DNA of 34,016 nt. Source: Octopus sinensis (taxonomy: Eukaryota). Where the stretch lies: assembly GCF_006345805.1 (NCBI RefSeq), contig NW_021832745.1, forward strand, positions 1 to 34,016. Reading direction: 5' to 3'. Both the position numbers and the translations under genes were made by a program. This document shows, one piece after another, positions 11,984 to 24,146 of this stretch; within the stretch, counting starts at the first letter, position 1; the number at the start of each line of letters is the position of its first letter. The notes under the pieces were generated by a model, which saw nothing but the letters and a program-made list of their open reading frames with translations, was not told the origin of the DNA and did not search any database.

Positions 11984-12086
11984 CTTTCTATAGAAGAGCG
12001 TAGGCTCGAAACGTAAAAGACTTTTTCCATTCCTGAGCGCTCTACTAATACATCTATTTGTTTTGTACACCACCTGTCTTCGTCTG
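11984..12086 (+). mobile_element. Family P1 tail with hammerhead-like fold at 11984-12019 (variant core CUAUAGAA)
   Basis: CUUU-CUAUAGAA-GAGC(GUAG)GCUC-GAAA-CGUA-AAAG, followed by the P1 tail and (TA)n. Confidence 0.6.
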
Positions 12087-12132
<46 letters not shown>

Positions 12133-14126
12133 TATATATTGTATATTTTGTTGTCTCGACAGTCATTACGAAAATAATAATAGCCCACGCACCGGTGGTT
12201 CAATTCCACTTTTTATTATTATTAATTAATTGGTTAAATATCTATTCAACTAACTAATCGATTGTTTGTTTAACTTGTTTGTTAAACAATCTTTTGTTTC
12301 GTTTTTTTGTTGTTGTTTTGTTCGTCAAAGTTTTACTTTGTCATCCGCAGCCTTTTCAGTGGCCGTAACTCCTCCCCATATTATGAGTGTGTGTGTGTGT
12401 GTGTGTGTGGTGTGTGTGTGTGTGTTTGTGTAGAAGTATTACAACATGTGTTCTTGTAGGCAAAAAACGAGTCGCCGCTAGTTTTATAGTAAGCAGCAGG
12501 CCACCATGTCAGTGGAATTTGGAAGCAGGACAAACTTTGCAATCGCAAACCATTCTGTGTGTATGCCTGTGTGTGTGTGTGTGTGTTGACATATATTCTC
12601 AGATATGTTTACAATACACATATACATACATAGACATAAACACATAGATATATGCATGCATACATACACACTCCTGGGCTTCAGATAAATACATCACACC
12701 TCGCCTAAAAGGCGAAACTTTTGCAAACCAGGAACGAGAAATAGCGATGAACAAGAGAGACACAGGTGTTTGTAAACCTCTCATAAGATGATAGAAAGTG
12801 TCGGTTGTGCCATAGCAGTGTGGCAAATATCGCTTACATCAGCAGCAGATAATATCTTGCGGAGACCCCAAAATGTCTCTAATATACTAACTTTCCTGGA
12901 GATAACTAAAAAGCTAATCTCAGGTTAAGATATTCCTTGACCATACAAAGTGACAGCACAACCAGAATGCATCTACATCTTTCAAAATTAGGAATATTCC
13001 GATAAAAGCATCAACCCGGTGTAAGTACAATAGACCAGCAGTCGTTCTATAAGGACAAGGAGCAAATGCCAAGCACTTTTGTTGAGCTCAGGTGGCCAGC
13101 GGATGTGAATATTTCATTAAAAGTTGGGGAAAAGCAGATCTATGAAGAAACCCACAGCTCTTATATACATACTTTAGATTATCCTGGGTACCTATTTCTT
13201 GTCTAATGGGTTATGTAACAACAGATTTACATAAGATCCTACGGCCGTTTCGCTTCTCCTAAAGACAACAAAGTAAATAGATTCGCAGGCCTGAAACAAA
13301 ATCGATTCGAAGGAGATTGAATGTTTGCAAACCATTCCAGGCATCCTCCATTTGAGGTTCTTGGTCTGAACCTGTGCCCACGTCAAATGGTGCATACGGA
13401 GCAAACACAAACACACACGCACGCACACGCGCGCGCGCGCAAGCAAACTTAACTGTTAAGCCTTACCTTTACGATAGCGAGTTCGCACTCCTGTTTATTT
13501 GTGGATATAAACACGTGTGCGTGTGAATGTATGAGTGAATATTTGTGTGTATGTGTACGTATGCGTATGCGTGTATGTATGTACACATATGGCAGCAAGA
13601 CAAATGGTACCAAGCCTTATTAGCGGAAAACTAGTAAATTTAATATATGTATATGTATTTACTATCAAATAATGACACCATGATAGCTATTTTGTTAATG
13701 TAACGACAGAGAAATTGACGCATCAACGTATTTTCAATTATACAAAAGCATAATATATTAGGAACATGTGTGTATGTATATGTGGAGAGGGGAAGAGGGA
13801 GACAAGGAGAGAGGGAGAGAGATCTGCTTGAATGAATTTAATTGTGGATTATACACATCATCATTATAATAATAATTTATTGGAAATATTCAAATATGTT
13901 AAATAATTTATCGATCCAAAATTGTTATTAAAAAGTTACACCTGCTTTTTACGTTTTCTAGGTTTATGCATGGCTAGATTAAAATATATTTATTACTAAA
14001 TTGTTTTCTCACAAATATTATATATTCAAACAGCTTGTTAAAGAATACGATGACACTGCTATTAGGAGTGGTCACTAGGGATGCTCAGAAAGGAACACAT
14101 TTATATCTCTCTATATAAATTAGCGA

Positions 14127-14160
<34 letters not shown>

Positions 14161-14760
14161 TTCCGGTAAAAGATTGTAAATGGTCAAAGGAAGAGAAAGG
14201 CAAGAGGAAAGAAAAATGCGTGCGGAAGATTGTGTATTACATCTTGTGTGATGAAAACAATCACTGACAGAGGGAAAATTAGAGAAAAAGACAGTGTGGG
14301 AGTTTAGTAAATGAAGTTCACACACTCACACGTATTATCAGCCAACATCCTCCACCCAAACACGAATATAGCGGGTTGGCGTATATGTATAGACCTACAA
14401 ACACTGCCCACTAAAACACGCATGCATATAATAATACACTTATACACAATGTACATCTGTTAATCGAATTCCCACCACACAAAAGAATACACAGAAAGTT
14501 ATATACATTTATTGATTATAACATGAAGACGTTTTGTATCAACAGTGGAATTGTATCAACAGAAATTCTAGGGAAAAGTTATTTGTATTTGGGCTCTTAA
14601 GGTCCATCTACGTTAGGAAATGTTGGTTGGTTTATTGAAAATGACAAAAGTATATTAATAGGAACAGGAATGCCATTTTATAATTACTTTTTAACTTCAA
14701 AAAATCAAAATGGTTCAAAGTTTTACATTTAACTCATTTCCATTCAGCTGAAACATTGCA

Positions 14761-14778
14761 AATAATAATAATAATAAC

Positions 14779-14835
<57 letters not shown>

Positions 14836-15375
14836 CCTTTCTACTAAAAGCACAAGGCTCGAAATTTTAAGGAAAGGGATTAGTCGACTGTATCGACCCC
14901 AGTGTTCAACTGGTACTTATTTCATCGACCCCGAAAGGATGAAAGGCAAAGTCAGCCTCGGCAGAATTTGAATTCAGAACGTAGAGACGGATGACAAACC
15001 GCTAAGCATTTTGCTCCACGTGCTAACACCTCCCTCAGCTCTGCGGCACACAAAGTCGGCAGTTTCGACCCCAGTGCCGCAGTTGTCACTTATTTGCTCG
15101 ACCCCTCGAAACGATGAAAGGCGAAGTCGACTTCGGTAGAATTTGAACTCAGAGCATAAAGACAGACGAAATGCCCGTAAGCATTGTGTCCGACGCGTTA
15201 ACAATTCTGCCACCCCGCTACCTTTTTTTTTTTAATGGTTTCAAGTTCTGGAACAAGGAGATTAATTATAGCGGAAGTGGATTTGACGATACCGTCGACC
15301 CCAGAACTTTACTGTTGTTTTACTTTACCGACCCCGACAGGATAGAAAACAAATTCGACCTTGTCGTGATTTGAA
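14761..15375 (-). mobile_element. Three stacked SINE family B copies (about 14835-15028, 15050-15222, 15235-15375) with a (TAA)n run at 14761-14835
   Basis: The module tcgaccccag...ggtacttatt..atcgaccccgaaaggatgaaaggcaaagtc..cctcggc.gaatttgaa occurs three times in the same orientation with increasing divergence. Confidence 0.82.
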
Positions 15376-16546
15376 CAAATTTCTCCTATAGTAAAACAAA
15401 TTAAAGTAAAACTCGGATCGGGAACAGCAACTAGGACCCAGAAACAAAAATCTTATGTAATTTATCAGGGATCTGTCACATCTGTAATATTATGATTAAA
15501 AATCAACTATCAATATCATCTTAATAATACTAAAACCCTAGGGATGTTTGTATGCAACTGAAATATCGCAGAAATAGCATATTTTATCTTTTTTTTTTAC
15601 ATTCGGCAGGGCAGGACAAATTTGTGTAACATTTGGACCTCTATTTAAACGATAAAACACAATTTTTGTTATGTCTTGAAGAAAAAATACATGGCTTCCG
15701 TGGCGTCAACACAGATACAGAATACACACACATATAATGAATGCCATGGCATGTCAATCAACACAAACACACGTCCGCTGTCTGTGACATATACACACAC
15801 ATTATCTTTGTGCTCTCTAAGGGGAAAAAAACCCGTCTACTTTTTGACATACACAGCATTTTAATCATTTAGAAATATTTTTAGCTGAATGTGATTTCTT
15901 CATCCCGAGTTCGTTAATTTCCGTAAAATATTTTTATTTACATTTGTTTTGAAGTGAAAAAGAGAAGAAAGTGAAAGATGTACGTGTATATGAAATGGTG
16001 TGTGTGTGAGAGAGAGAGAGAGAAAAAAAGAGAGGCAATGAGTGAAGGGGTGTGTTGTCATGTATACGTACATGCATTAATACATACGCGTAAATATTTT
16101 TGTATGTACGTGTGTGTGTGTGTGAAAGAGAGAGAGAGTATGAGTGAGTGAACGTATGTGTTCTCATGTATGTTAAGTGGCACATTCTCTCTCTCTCTCA
16201 CGTCCATTTCATATACACGTTCATACATCTTTCATTCCCATCTACACACACACACTTCAAAACAAAAGTAACAGGTGATTTTCAGGAAAAAAGTTTTTTA
16301 AAAAAATGGGAAAAAAGCTTGATTATTATTGTTTGGATAGTTCCAATTAAATGAGTCCAGATGTTAGGTTAAATATACATGCATAAGTACCATGGATTGC
16401 CATTCTACAAGATGGCAAACAATTCCGTGAACACTTTACCGGGTAATGCCATGTAGGAAGTCTAGTTATAATTGAAAATAAATTTCAGTTTTCAATTTAT
16501 CGCATCATTCAAAATAGAATCTTCACGATTATATTTAAATATAATT

Positions 16547-16606
<60 letters not shown>

Positions 16607-16608
16607 AA

Positions 16609-16790
16609 ATGATGATGATGATGATGACTGTCCACTCGCGACCGGGGAAAACTATCACTGACCAATGCCCATGTAAAATACTCGTACATGGGGGTTATCG
16701 CCCCTACAGTCGACTTGATGCTGCCGCGGCATCCTCTTACTCGAACAGCCCTCGGATGGTCGCCTCGCCGGTGATTCCGCAACCTAAAAA
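16609..16790 (-). repeat. Possible LINE 3' end with (CAT)n tail
   Basis: GC-richer unique segment ending, on the minus strand, in gtggacagtcatcatcatcatcat. A possible RRGRP-like remnant needs a frameshift. Family not determined. Confidence 0.3.
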
Positions 16791-17141
16791 TGTTGGTCTA
16801 ATAAAGCTTGTACAGAACCTCACAACATCTCACTGACATATAATTTATTTTATATACCGCAGCAACTAACAGAACTGTCCGCATTGAATAGTATTCTTTA
16901 GTTAACTTCATAAAAAGGAATTTAAGCAGATTTGAAAATACCCATTCCATACAACATTCTTGAGATTTATGGTTCACTAAGAACCCGCAAGATTCCAAAC
17001 AAAATACTAAAGAAATTCCACATTTGTAAAAGTTCTCACAAGTATCCCGTAATGTATCAGCAGGAGGAGGAGGAGAGGGAGGAGGAAGAGAAGGAGGAGG
17101 AAGAGGCGGAAGAGGAGGTGTGTGTGTTTGAGTAAGACGAA

Positions 17142-17300
17142 CAGACAGAATTTTTAGCTTGTCGGACTAAATTCTTAGCGACCTTTTGTCCGTCTTTACA
17201 TTTTGAGTTCAAATCTAACCGAAGTCAATTTGACCTTTTGTATTTCCGGTGTTTGTAATCCAAGTACTGGATTATTGACTTAACCCCCTCCCCTCAAAGT
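17142..17300 (+). mobile_element. SINE family B, degenerate copy
   Basis: cagaatttttagcttgtcggactaaattcttagcg...ttgagttcaaatctaaccgaagtcaatttgacc...gacttaaccccctcccctcaaagttgc parallels the sense family B sequence. Confidence 0.6.
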
Positions 17301-17699
17301 TGCTTGCCTCCAACCGTACAACAGATCGCGACAGCGTCCCGGTTAGAGGGAACGTTGTGGTCCCGCCTGGGGCCATCGTAAGAGCATTATAGGCCCCAGA
17401 AGAGATCAGGCCTCTGGACCCTATAGTATTAATTTTTGGCAGAAAGTCACGGCACAGATAGATTAGAATTGGGTCCCAAGACCCAAGGGGTCCCTGGACA
17501 ACTCAACACACTGAGCCCTGTAGTATTTATCTATTGACAATAAGCCACAGCAACTGCCCACTGTGCCGCCCATGCTTAAGACAACACTGACCTCACCACG
17601 GAAATCGAGTGACTGGCCTTATGCGACGGAGGACTCAAGTAAAATATACGCGCGCGCGCACACACACGTATATCTCTTTTCTATTTATATCTACAGATG

Positions 17700-18262
17700 T
17701 AACCGCTGATTAATCGCGTAAATATGTCCTGCCATGACTCAGTGTAGATAAGAGGCGAGGAAATTGTTTGCCTTTTTGCCCGAAACTTTTGTTTCGAAAT
17801 TCTATAAATATAAGAAACACGAGGGAGAAAATGAACGCATTCCGTCTGTTAGTGGAGCAAGATGTGGTTGGGGTTGTTACAGAGTTTATGAGAGTCAGAA
17901 CAAGCCGAGAACAAGACCGTTCGTCAGTTGTCTTTTGAGCAATATTTAAACAAGAGACACCGGTAAAGAAGAAGACAAGAAGAAAACCAACACCACAATA
18001 ATTCGATGTCAAGCAAGCGTAAGCAAGATTTTAAATATCTACTAAGTGTGCGGCAAGATGTATTTCTTGAAATGCGAGCACACAGAAACAAAATCTCGTT
18101 CCTAGAATTTATTTTTTGAGATTCTCAAGTTTTTTAAGAGAAACAGTTTTTCAAGGGAACATACTGAACATTTTTTGAACCCGTTCATAAAGGGCCTGGA
18201 TTTGGAGAGGATTGTCCATTTGATGTCGAAACCGGTCCCGTCGTCTTTAAGCTTCCAAATTA
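17700..18262 (-). mobile_element. Penelope-like element remnant: ORF C-terminus (18042-18262, frameshifted) plus 3' non-coding region
   Basis: Translation IIWKLKDDGTGFDIKWTILSKSRPFMNGFKKCSVCSLEKLFLL...NSRNEI(fs)SVCSHFKKYILPHT* matches the recalled Penelope terminal pattern after the GIY-YIG domain (IWxLK...IKWxIL...PY...CxLCxxEK...LNxRxE...CRH). The GIY-YIG motif itself is not in the fragment. The left boundary is uncertain. Confidence 0.72.
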
Positions 18263-19990
18263 TAGCTCTGCCTTCAGTAACCCTAATGCGGTTGATCCGG
18301 GTAGTATCAGTGATGTAAACCCTCAACTAACCATATCTGACATAACTTTTGGTGCTCCTGATATCCTAAGAGAAATAGATAAGATCAAGCACAACTCGGC
18401 AGTCGGTCCCCATAAGTTCCTGGTCACTGTTCTGAAGATGTATCGACATCAAATTGCACGCCCTCTATCTGAGCTCTGGAGAAACTCACTTTTTCTGCAG
18501 GCTACGTTCCTGATCCTTTTCTTTCCCAGTCTGTCGTTCGAGTCTTCAAAAAGAGAAACAAATCTCTTGCAGAGAACTACCGTCCCATTTCACTCACCTC
18601 TCATATCATTAAAGTATTTGGAGGGTGGTGAGATGGCGAATAACTCCCTTCCTCGAAGACAACAATCTGCTGAACCCCAGCCAGCTTGGTTTCCTTGGTG
18701 ACAGGGACTGTCTGTCGCAGCTTCTGCATCATATTGATGACATCTTAAAAGCTTTGGGAGAAGGCTCCAACACTGACGTCATACACCTTGACTTCAGCAA
18801 GGTATTTGACAGAGTGGAACACAAAATCCTGCCGAAGAAACGGTCCAACATTGGAGCCCGTGGAAAGCTACTGCAGTGGATAAAGTGTTTCCTAATAAAC
18901 AGAACCCAACATGTTGTGTTTGAGGGAATACGATCCAGGTCAACCAAAGTCAGTAGTAGTGTCCCACAAGGCACCGTGTTGGGCCCACTCCTCTTCATTA
19001 TCTACATCAATGGCATTGTAGATGTCATCAAACATTCTACATTGAAAAGCTTTGCAGATGATTCCAAACTCCAGAAAGCCATAAATGGCATGGGAGACCG
19101 AATATGCCTTCAGTCAGATCTGTTTGCTATTGTCCAATGGGCGGAAAAAAACAATATGCTTTTAAATGAAGATAAGTTTGATATGATCCGCTTTGGAAAA
19201 GAGGAAACTCTAAAATTACCATATGATCTTCCCTCGGACGACTTCCTAATATCACCCAACAACACTAGAGACTTTGGAGTAATTGTTGGTAACAATCTAA
19301 GCTGGAATTCCCACGTAAACAGCAAGGTTGACTTGGCCCGCAAGATGCGTTCCTGGATTCTGAGAACTTTCCAGTCTAGAGATGCCTACACCATCATCCT
19401 TCTCTACTCTACTTTTGCCCAACACCACCTTGAATACTGTTGCCCACTGTGGTCCCCCCCCCATACGAAGCAACTCATTATGAAAGTAGAAGCACTCCAG
19501 AGGTCAATGACAAGAAAGATAGACGGCATGAGAGGCATTGACTATTGGGGTCGACTAAAAAAAAACTCAATCTCTCTCCAATGCCGCCAGGATCGCTACA
19601 TCATTTGCGTTATGTGGAAAATATTCCATCAATATTGCACAAGTGATGTTGGCATCAATTTTAAAATCCATCCAAGACTTGGCCCCCGTGCTATCCACCC
19701 ACTACGAAAATCGAACTCAGTACACATAGCAACATTACGTTACAACTACTTTACTTCAATCGGTCCAACTCTCTTTAATACCTTACCAAAATACGCCAAA
19801 ACGGAAATGGACCCCATCAAATCCAAATGTTCACTGGGCAAATTTCTTTAAAAAATCCCGGACCAACCTCCTACACCCGGATATGTCTCCAACAATAATA
19901 ACTCTTTGCTAGAGGGGGCCATGGTGCCCCATATGTGACTAAAAGACTTCACCAGAAGTGGCGGTATTAAGTTAGACATGGCCTCGGACT
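18261..19990 (+). mobile_element. 5'-truncated CR1-group non-LTR retrotransposon
   Basis: RT-proximal sequence YSSAFS...ISDITF...DILREIDKIKHNSAVGP...(fs)...VFKKRNKSLAENYRPISLTSHIIKVF(fs) leads into the RT ORF, then a short 3' region and a (TA)/(TACA) tail. There is no endonuclease domain or ORF1. Confidence 0.9.
18625..19851 (+). pseudogene. LINE reverse transcriptase ORF2 segment, 408 aa open
   Basis: Contains SQLGF, LDFSKVFDRV, SSVPQGTVLGPLLFIIYIN, FADD (catalytic), LEYCCPLWSP and EALQRSMTRKI. Upstream frameshifts near 18500 and 18620 and a GTG pseudo-start indicate a dead copy. Confidence 0.92.
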
Positions 19991-20377
19991 ATACTATCAA
20001 AGTTATATATATATACATACATATATATATATATACATACATACATACATACATATATATATATCTACGGTCCAGCCCACATAAGAATATATATGCTGCC
20101 GCATAAGAATATGTATGTAAAGTATATATATCTAAACATACACACATGCATGCATACATATGAGATATAATATATACATACATGATAAAATATACAAATA
20201 TATACATATATATAATTCAAATTTCATAAATACACATACATATATCATATACGTGAAATACTTATATGTATATATGCATGTATATATATATATGTATATA
20301 CAAACACATACATGATACAGACATATATATATACAATTATAAACAAGGGAGAAAAAAAAAACGATTTCTATGCCAAA

Positions 20378-20442
20378 ATGCTGGGAAAAACTTTAAATCG
20401 TCAATTTGGTGATTGACAATTTAAAGTCTATTTCTCAGCATA
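20378..20442. repeat. Imperfect palindrome (about 30-bp arms)
   Basis: atgctgggaaaaactttaaatcgtcaat ... attgacaattttaaagtctatttctcagcat. Confidence 0.6.
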
Positions 20443-20577
20443 TTGGGATGGAAATCTTTTTTTCTTTTGCCCTTGTTTATAATTTTCACCTTTAAAGGTA
20501 TTTTAATATGCTGGCAACTTTCATGAAATTTTTTTTTTTGGGAGGGGGGATTTCATCCTGTATTAGAAGTGTATATA

Positions 20578-20608
<31 letters not shown>

Positions 20609-20891
20609 CGCGTGTCTGGGTATAATATATATATATAATATATAGTATAGATATATACATATATATGTTATATATAGATATATAACTATATGATATGCAT
20701 ATATATAAATATTTATATCATACACACACAAACGCACACATACGTTATACATACATAGAAATAGCTAAATGATAAACATATTTCTAAATATTTATATGAT
20801 ATACTTATGCATAAATATATATTTCAATATATATAGATTTTTTTCTTTTTTTTCCTCTGTCTTCCCTTCTCTGGATCTTTCCTTCTCCTAT

Positions 20892-21025
20892 GTTTCCGAC
20901 GAAGAGCTCCGCTCGAAACGTTAAACCCTCCTTCTTCCCTTCTTTCCTGAGCGTCCAATAATACTATATTTGTTCCACGTCCTCGCGTTGTTGTGTTTTT
21001 TTGTGCTTTCTTGTTTGGATTAACT
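20892..21025 (+). mobile_element. P1-related tail with hammerhead-like fold at 20892-20926 (variant core CCGACGAA)
   Basis: GUUU-CCGACGAA-GAGC(UCC)GCUC-GAAA-CGUU-AAAC, followed by ttcctgagcgtccaataatactat, which shares the ttcctgagcg motif with P1 tails. Stem I covaries relative to the 11539 copy. Confidence 0.62.
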
Positions 21026-21062
21026 ATATATACATGCATACATACGCATATGTATGTATACA

Positions 21063-21097
<35 letters not shown>

Positions 21098-21268
21098 ATA
21101 AATATATATATATGTGTGTGTGTGTATACTCTATATAGACACGAATACGCACACACATATATACACCTACATCCATATATATATATATATAGATATATGT
21201 GTGTGCATATATATATATATATGTACAGATATATACATATATATCTTCATATTCAAACACACATATAC

Positions 21269-21338
<70 letters not shown>

Positions 21339-21409
21339 CTTAATATATATATAGATAGATATACATATATATAATTGTATATATAAGTATATATATATAT
21401 ATATATAAT

Positions 21410-21454
<45 letters not shown>

Positions 21455-21567
21455 TGATTTGGTGCTTCAACTTAAGTACCTAATTCAACTGAATCTCATA
21501 TATATATATATATATATATATATGCATATATACATATTTGATAAACATACATACATACATACATACT

Positions 21568-21622
<55 letters not shown>

Positions 21623-21867
21623 CAGACATATATATATGTACACACACACACACACATGCCAGTGTGTATGTGTGTGTTGAAACCAGCGCGTACAATGCTC
21701 AAGAAAACGCCACATAACTTCATTACGCGTCGCATTTGTGTCTGCTCTCGTCCCCCGGACACCTCTCGCGGACAAATTATACGATTGTTATTAGATTGCT
21801 TAGGTACACACTGCGAGCTCAGAAGATTGCATGCATGCATCCATCCATTCATACATACATACGTATT

Positions 21868-22128
<261 letters not shown>

Positions 22129-22622
22129 GAGATATTTGTCATATCTCTATACATACTCATTAAACATAAATGTGTATGTAGAGCGCTATATGTATACATA
22201 TATGAATACACACATAGGCACACATACACACTAGCTAAATCTGCTGTTATACATTTGTGTGGTTGACTTGTTAGTAGTAATAGCCTAAATCGCTTTCTAA
22301 CGAATCAACACATACGCGCATCATACAATTGATTATGTATGTATGTATGTATGTATACATCGCTCTGCATTTGTTTGTTTTAATCTGACCCGGGAATAAA
22401 CGACTGCAGCGAGGGAGGCTACGCTGAAGGTTGTCCATTGAATGGTGTTTGCTTAGGAAGCGAATGTTGTGGGCGGGACCCAAGACACACGCCATAGAAG
22501 TGGGCGGTGTCCAGTGGTTGAAAGACCGCAAACCTTTTACGAGATTCGATTGGCTGATTGATGCAACTGTCTGAAAGCTAGCCATAGAATGCATGTGTGT
22601 GTGTGTGCGTGTGTGTGTGTGC

Positions 22623-22673
<51 letters not shown>

Positions 22674-23017
22674 CACGCACACACACACACGTAAACATTT
22701 CTTGTCTACCACTAGCTGTTATAAAAACACTGATGCATTTACATATGAAAATGCGTGTATAGAAGCATGAATATGTTAATGAGTCTGACCATGTTGGTTT
22801 TAAAGCATGCATTTATTAACATGTTAATTGCGTGTGTATGTGGGGGGGGGGGGTGCGCACATGTATTTCTGCATGTAGGTATACGCTTATTACTGACCGG
22901 CAGCAGGTGTTACAGTGTCATCACAAGGCCCGATACATTCGTGGATGGATAAATTTGAAAAGTGTGTATGGACGAAACTCTCCATCCTTGAGTTACTCGG
23001 TAACTTCTGCCAATTAA

Positions 23018-23140
23018 TAATAATAATAATAATCCTTTCTACTTGAGGCACAAGGCCTGAAGTTTTGGGGGAGGGACTAGTCAATTACATCGACCCCAGC
23101 GTTTCACTGGTATCTAATTTATCGACACCGAAAGGATGAA
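23018..23140 (-). mobile_element. SINE family B, 3' portion with (TAA)n run
   Basis: (taa)n tcctttctacttgaggcacaaggcctgaagttttgggggagggactagtcaattacatcgaccccagcgtttcactggtatc...cgaaaggatgaaaggcaa. Confidence 0.8.
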
Positions 23141-23165
23141 AGGCAATATTATATTGTGTATATTG

Positions 23166-23203
<38 letters not shown>

Positions 23204-23695
23204 TATACACACACTATTAGCAGTTGCATTGATGGAATACAGCCATCCATGGCCACCCTCATTAGTTTTCAGTTGGTGATAACAACTCCGGTGTTTATTG
23301 TTCAATAGTTTTTACTTTTGGACGATTCTGACACAACACTGCTTAAGTTTTAACTGTCCATGTTATGTTAAACACACACACACACACACGCACACATACG
23401 CAGAGAGGCACGAACACGAACGATCGCACATATACACACGCAGACACGCTCACAGACACACACACACAGACATAAACGCATGCACACGTACACGCTCACA
23501 CACTCACTCACGCACACAAACACACAGAGGTACGTACGTATATGCGAACCCGGTTGTCTGCGTATTGTGTGGAAGCAGTGTTTATGCAATATGTCTGTAA
23601 GGGTTGGGTCTGTGTAATGTCTACAATGTATATTTAGTACTTACAAACAGGCCACATAAAATGCTATACATGAATATACTTACACACACATAATA

Positions 23696-24101
23696 GGCGC
23701 AGGAATGGCTGTGTGGTAAGTAGCTTGCTTACCAACCACATGGTTCCGGGTTCAGTCCCACTGCGTGGTACCTTGGGCAAGTGCTTTCTCCTAGAGCCTC
23801 GGGCCGACCGAAGCCTTGTGAGTGGACTAAGTAGATGGAAATTGAAAGAAGCCCGTCGTATATATGTGTATATATGTATGTGTGTGTATATGTTTGTGTG
23901 TCTGTTTTTGCCCCTCCCCCACCCAATATCGCTTGACAACTGATGCTGGTGTGTTTACGTCCCCGTAAATTAGCGGTTCGGCAAAAGAGACCGATAGAAT
24001 GAGTACTAGACTTACAAAAGAGTAAGTCCTGGGGTCGATTTGCTCAACTAAATCCGGTGCTCCAGCATGGCCACAATCAAATGACTGAAACAAGTAAAAG
24101 A

Positions 24102-24104
<3 letters not shown>
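23696..24104 (+). mobile_element. SINE family A, full-length and best-preserved copy
   Basis: tRNA-like head with A box (tggctgtgtgg) and B box (gggttcagtccc), body ccttgggcaagtg...gaagcccgtcg, central (TA/TG) microsatellite and 3' half ending gactgaaacaagtaaaagagta. Confidence 0.9.
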
Positions 24105-24142
<38 letters not shown>

Positions 24143-24146
24143 GACA

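Noticed and set aside
12500-12590. Perfect GCCACCATG Kozak context
   Set aside because: It opens only a 27-codon ORF that runs into a (GT)n tract, and a vertebrate-style Kozak match carries little weight here.
12703-12718. GCC-TAAAA-GGC-GAAAC as a hammerhead stem II
   Set aside because: There is no CUGANGA-like core upstream and no stem I or III.
12685-12765. 81-nt candidate exon (KYITPRLKGETFANQEREIAMNKRDT)
   Set aside because: The pyrimidine tract and donor (GTGTTT) are weak and I recognise no homologue.
15516-15620. TC...TAATACTAAAA start resembling a non-autonomous Helitron 5' end
   Set aside because: No 3' hairpin plus CTRR terminus could be identified.
17720-17745. Minus-strand ctgagtcatggcaggacatatt as the hammerhead of the Penelope remnant
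   Set aside because: It needs two separate 3-nt deletions to fit the core, which is too speculative.
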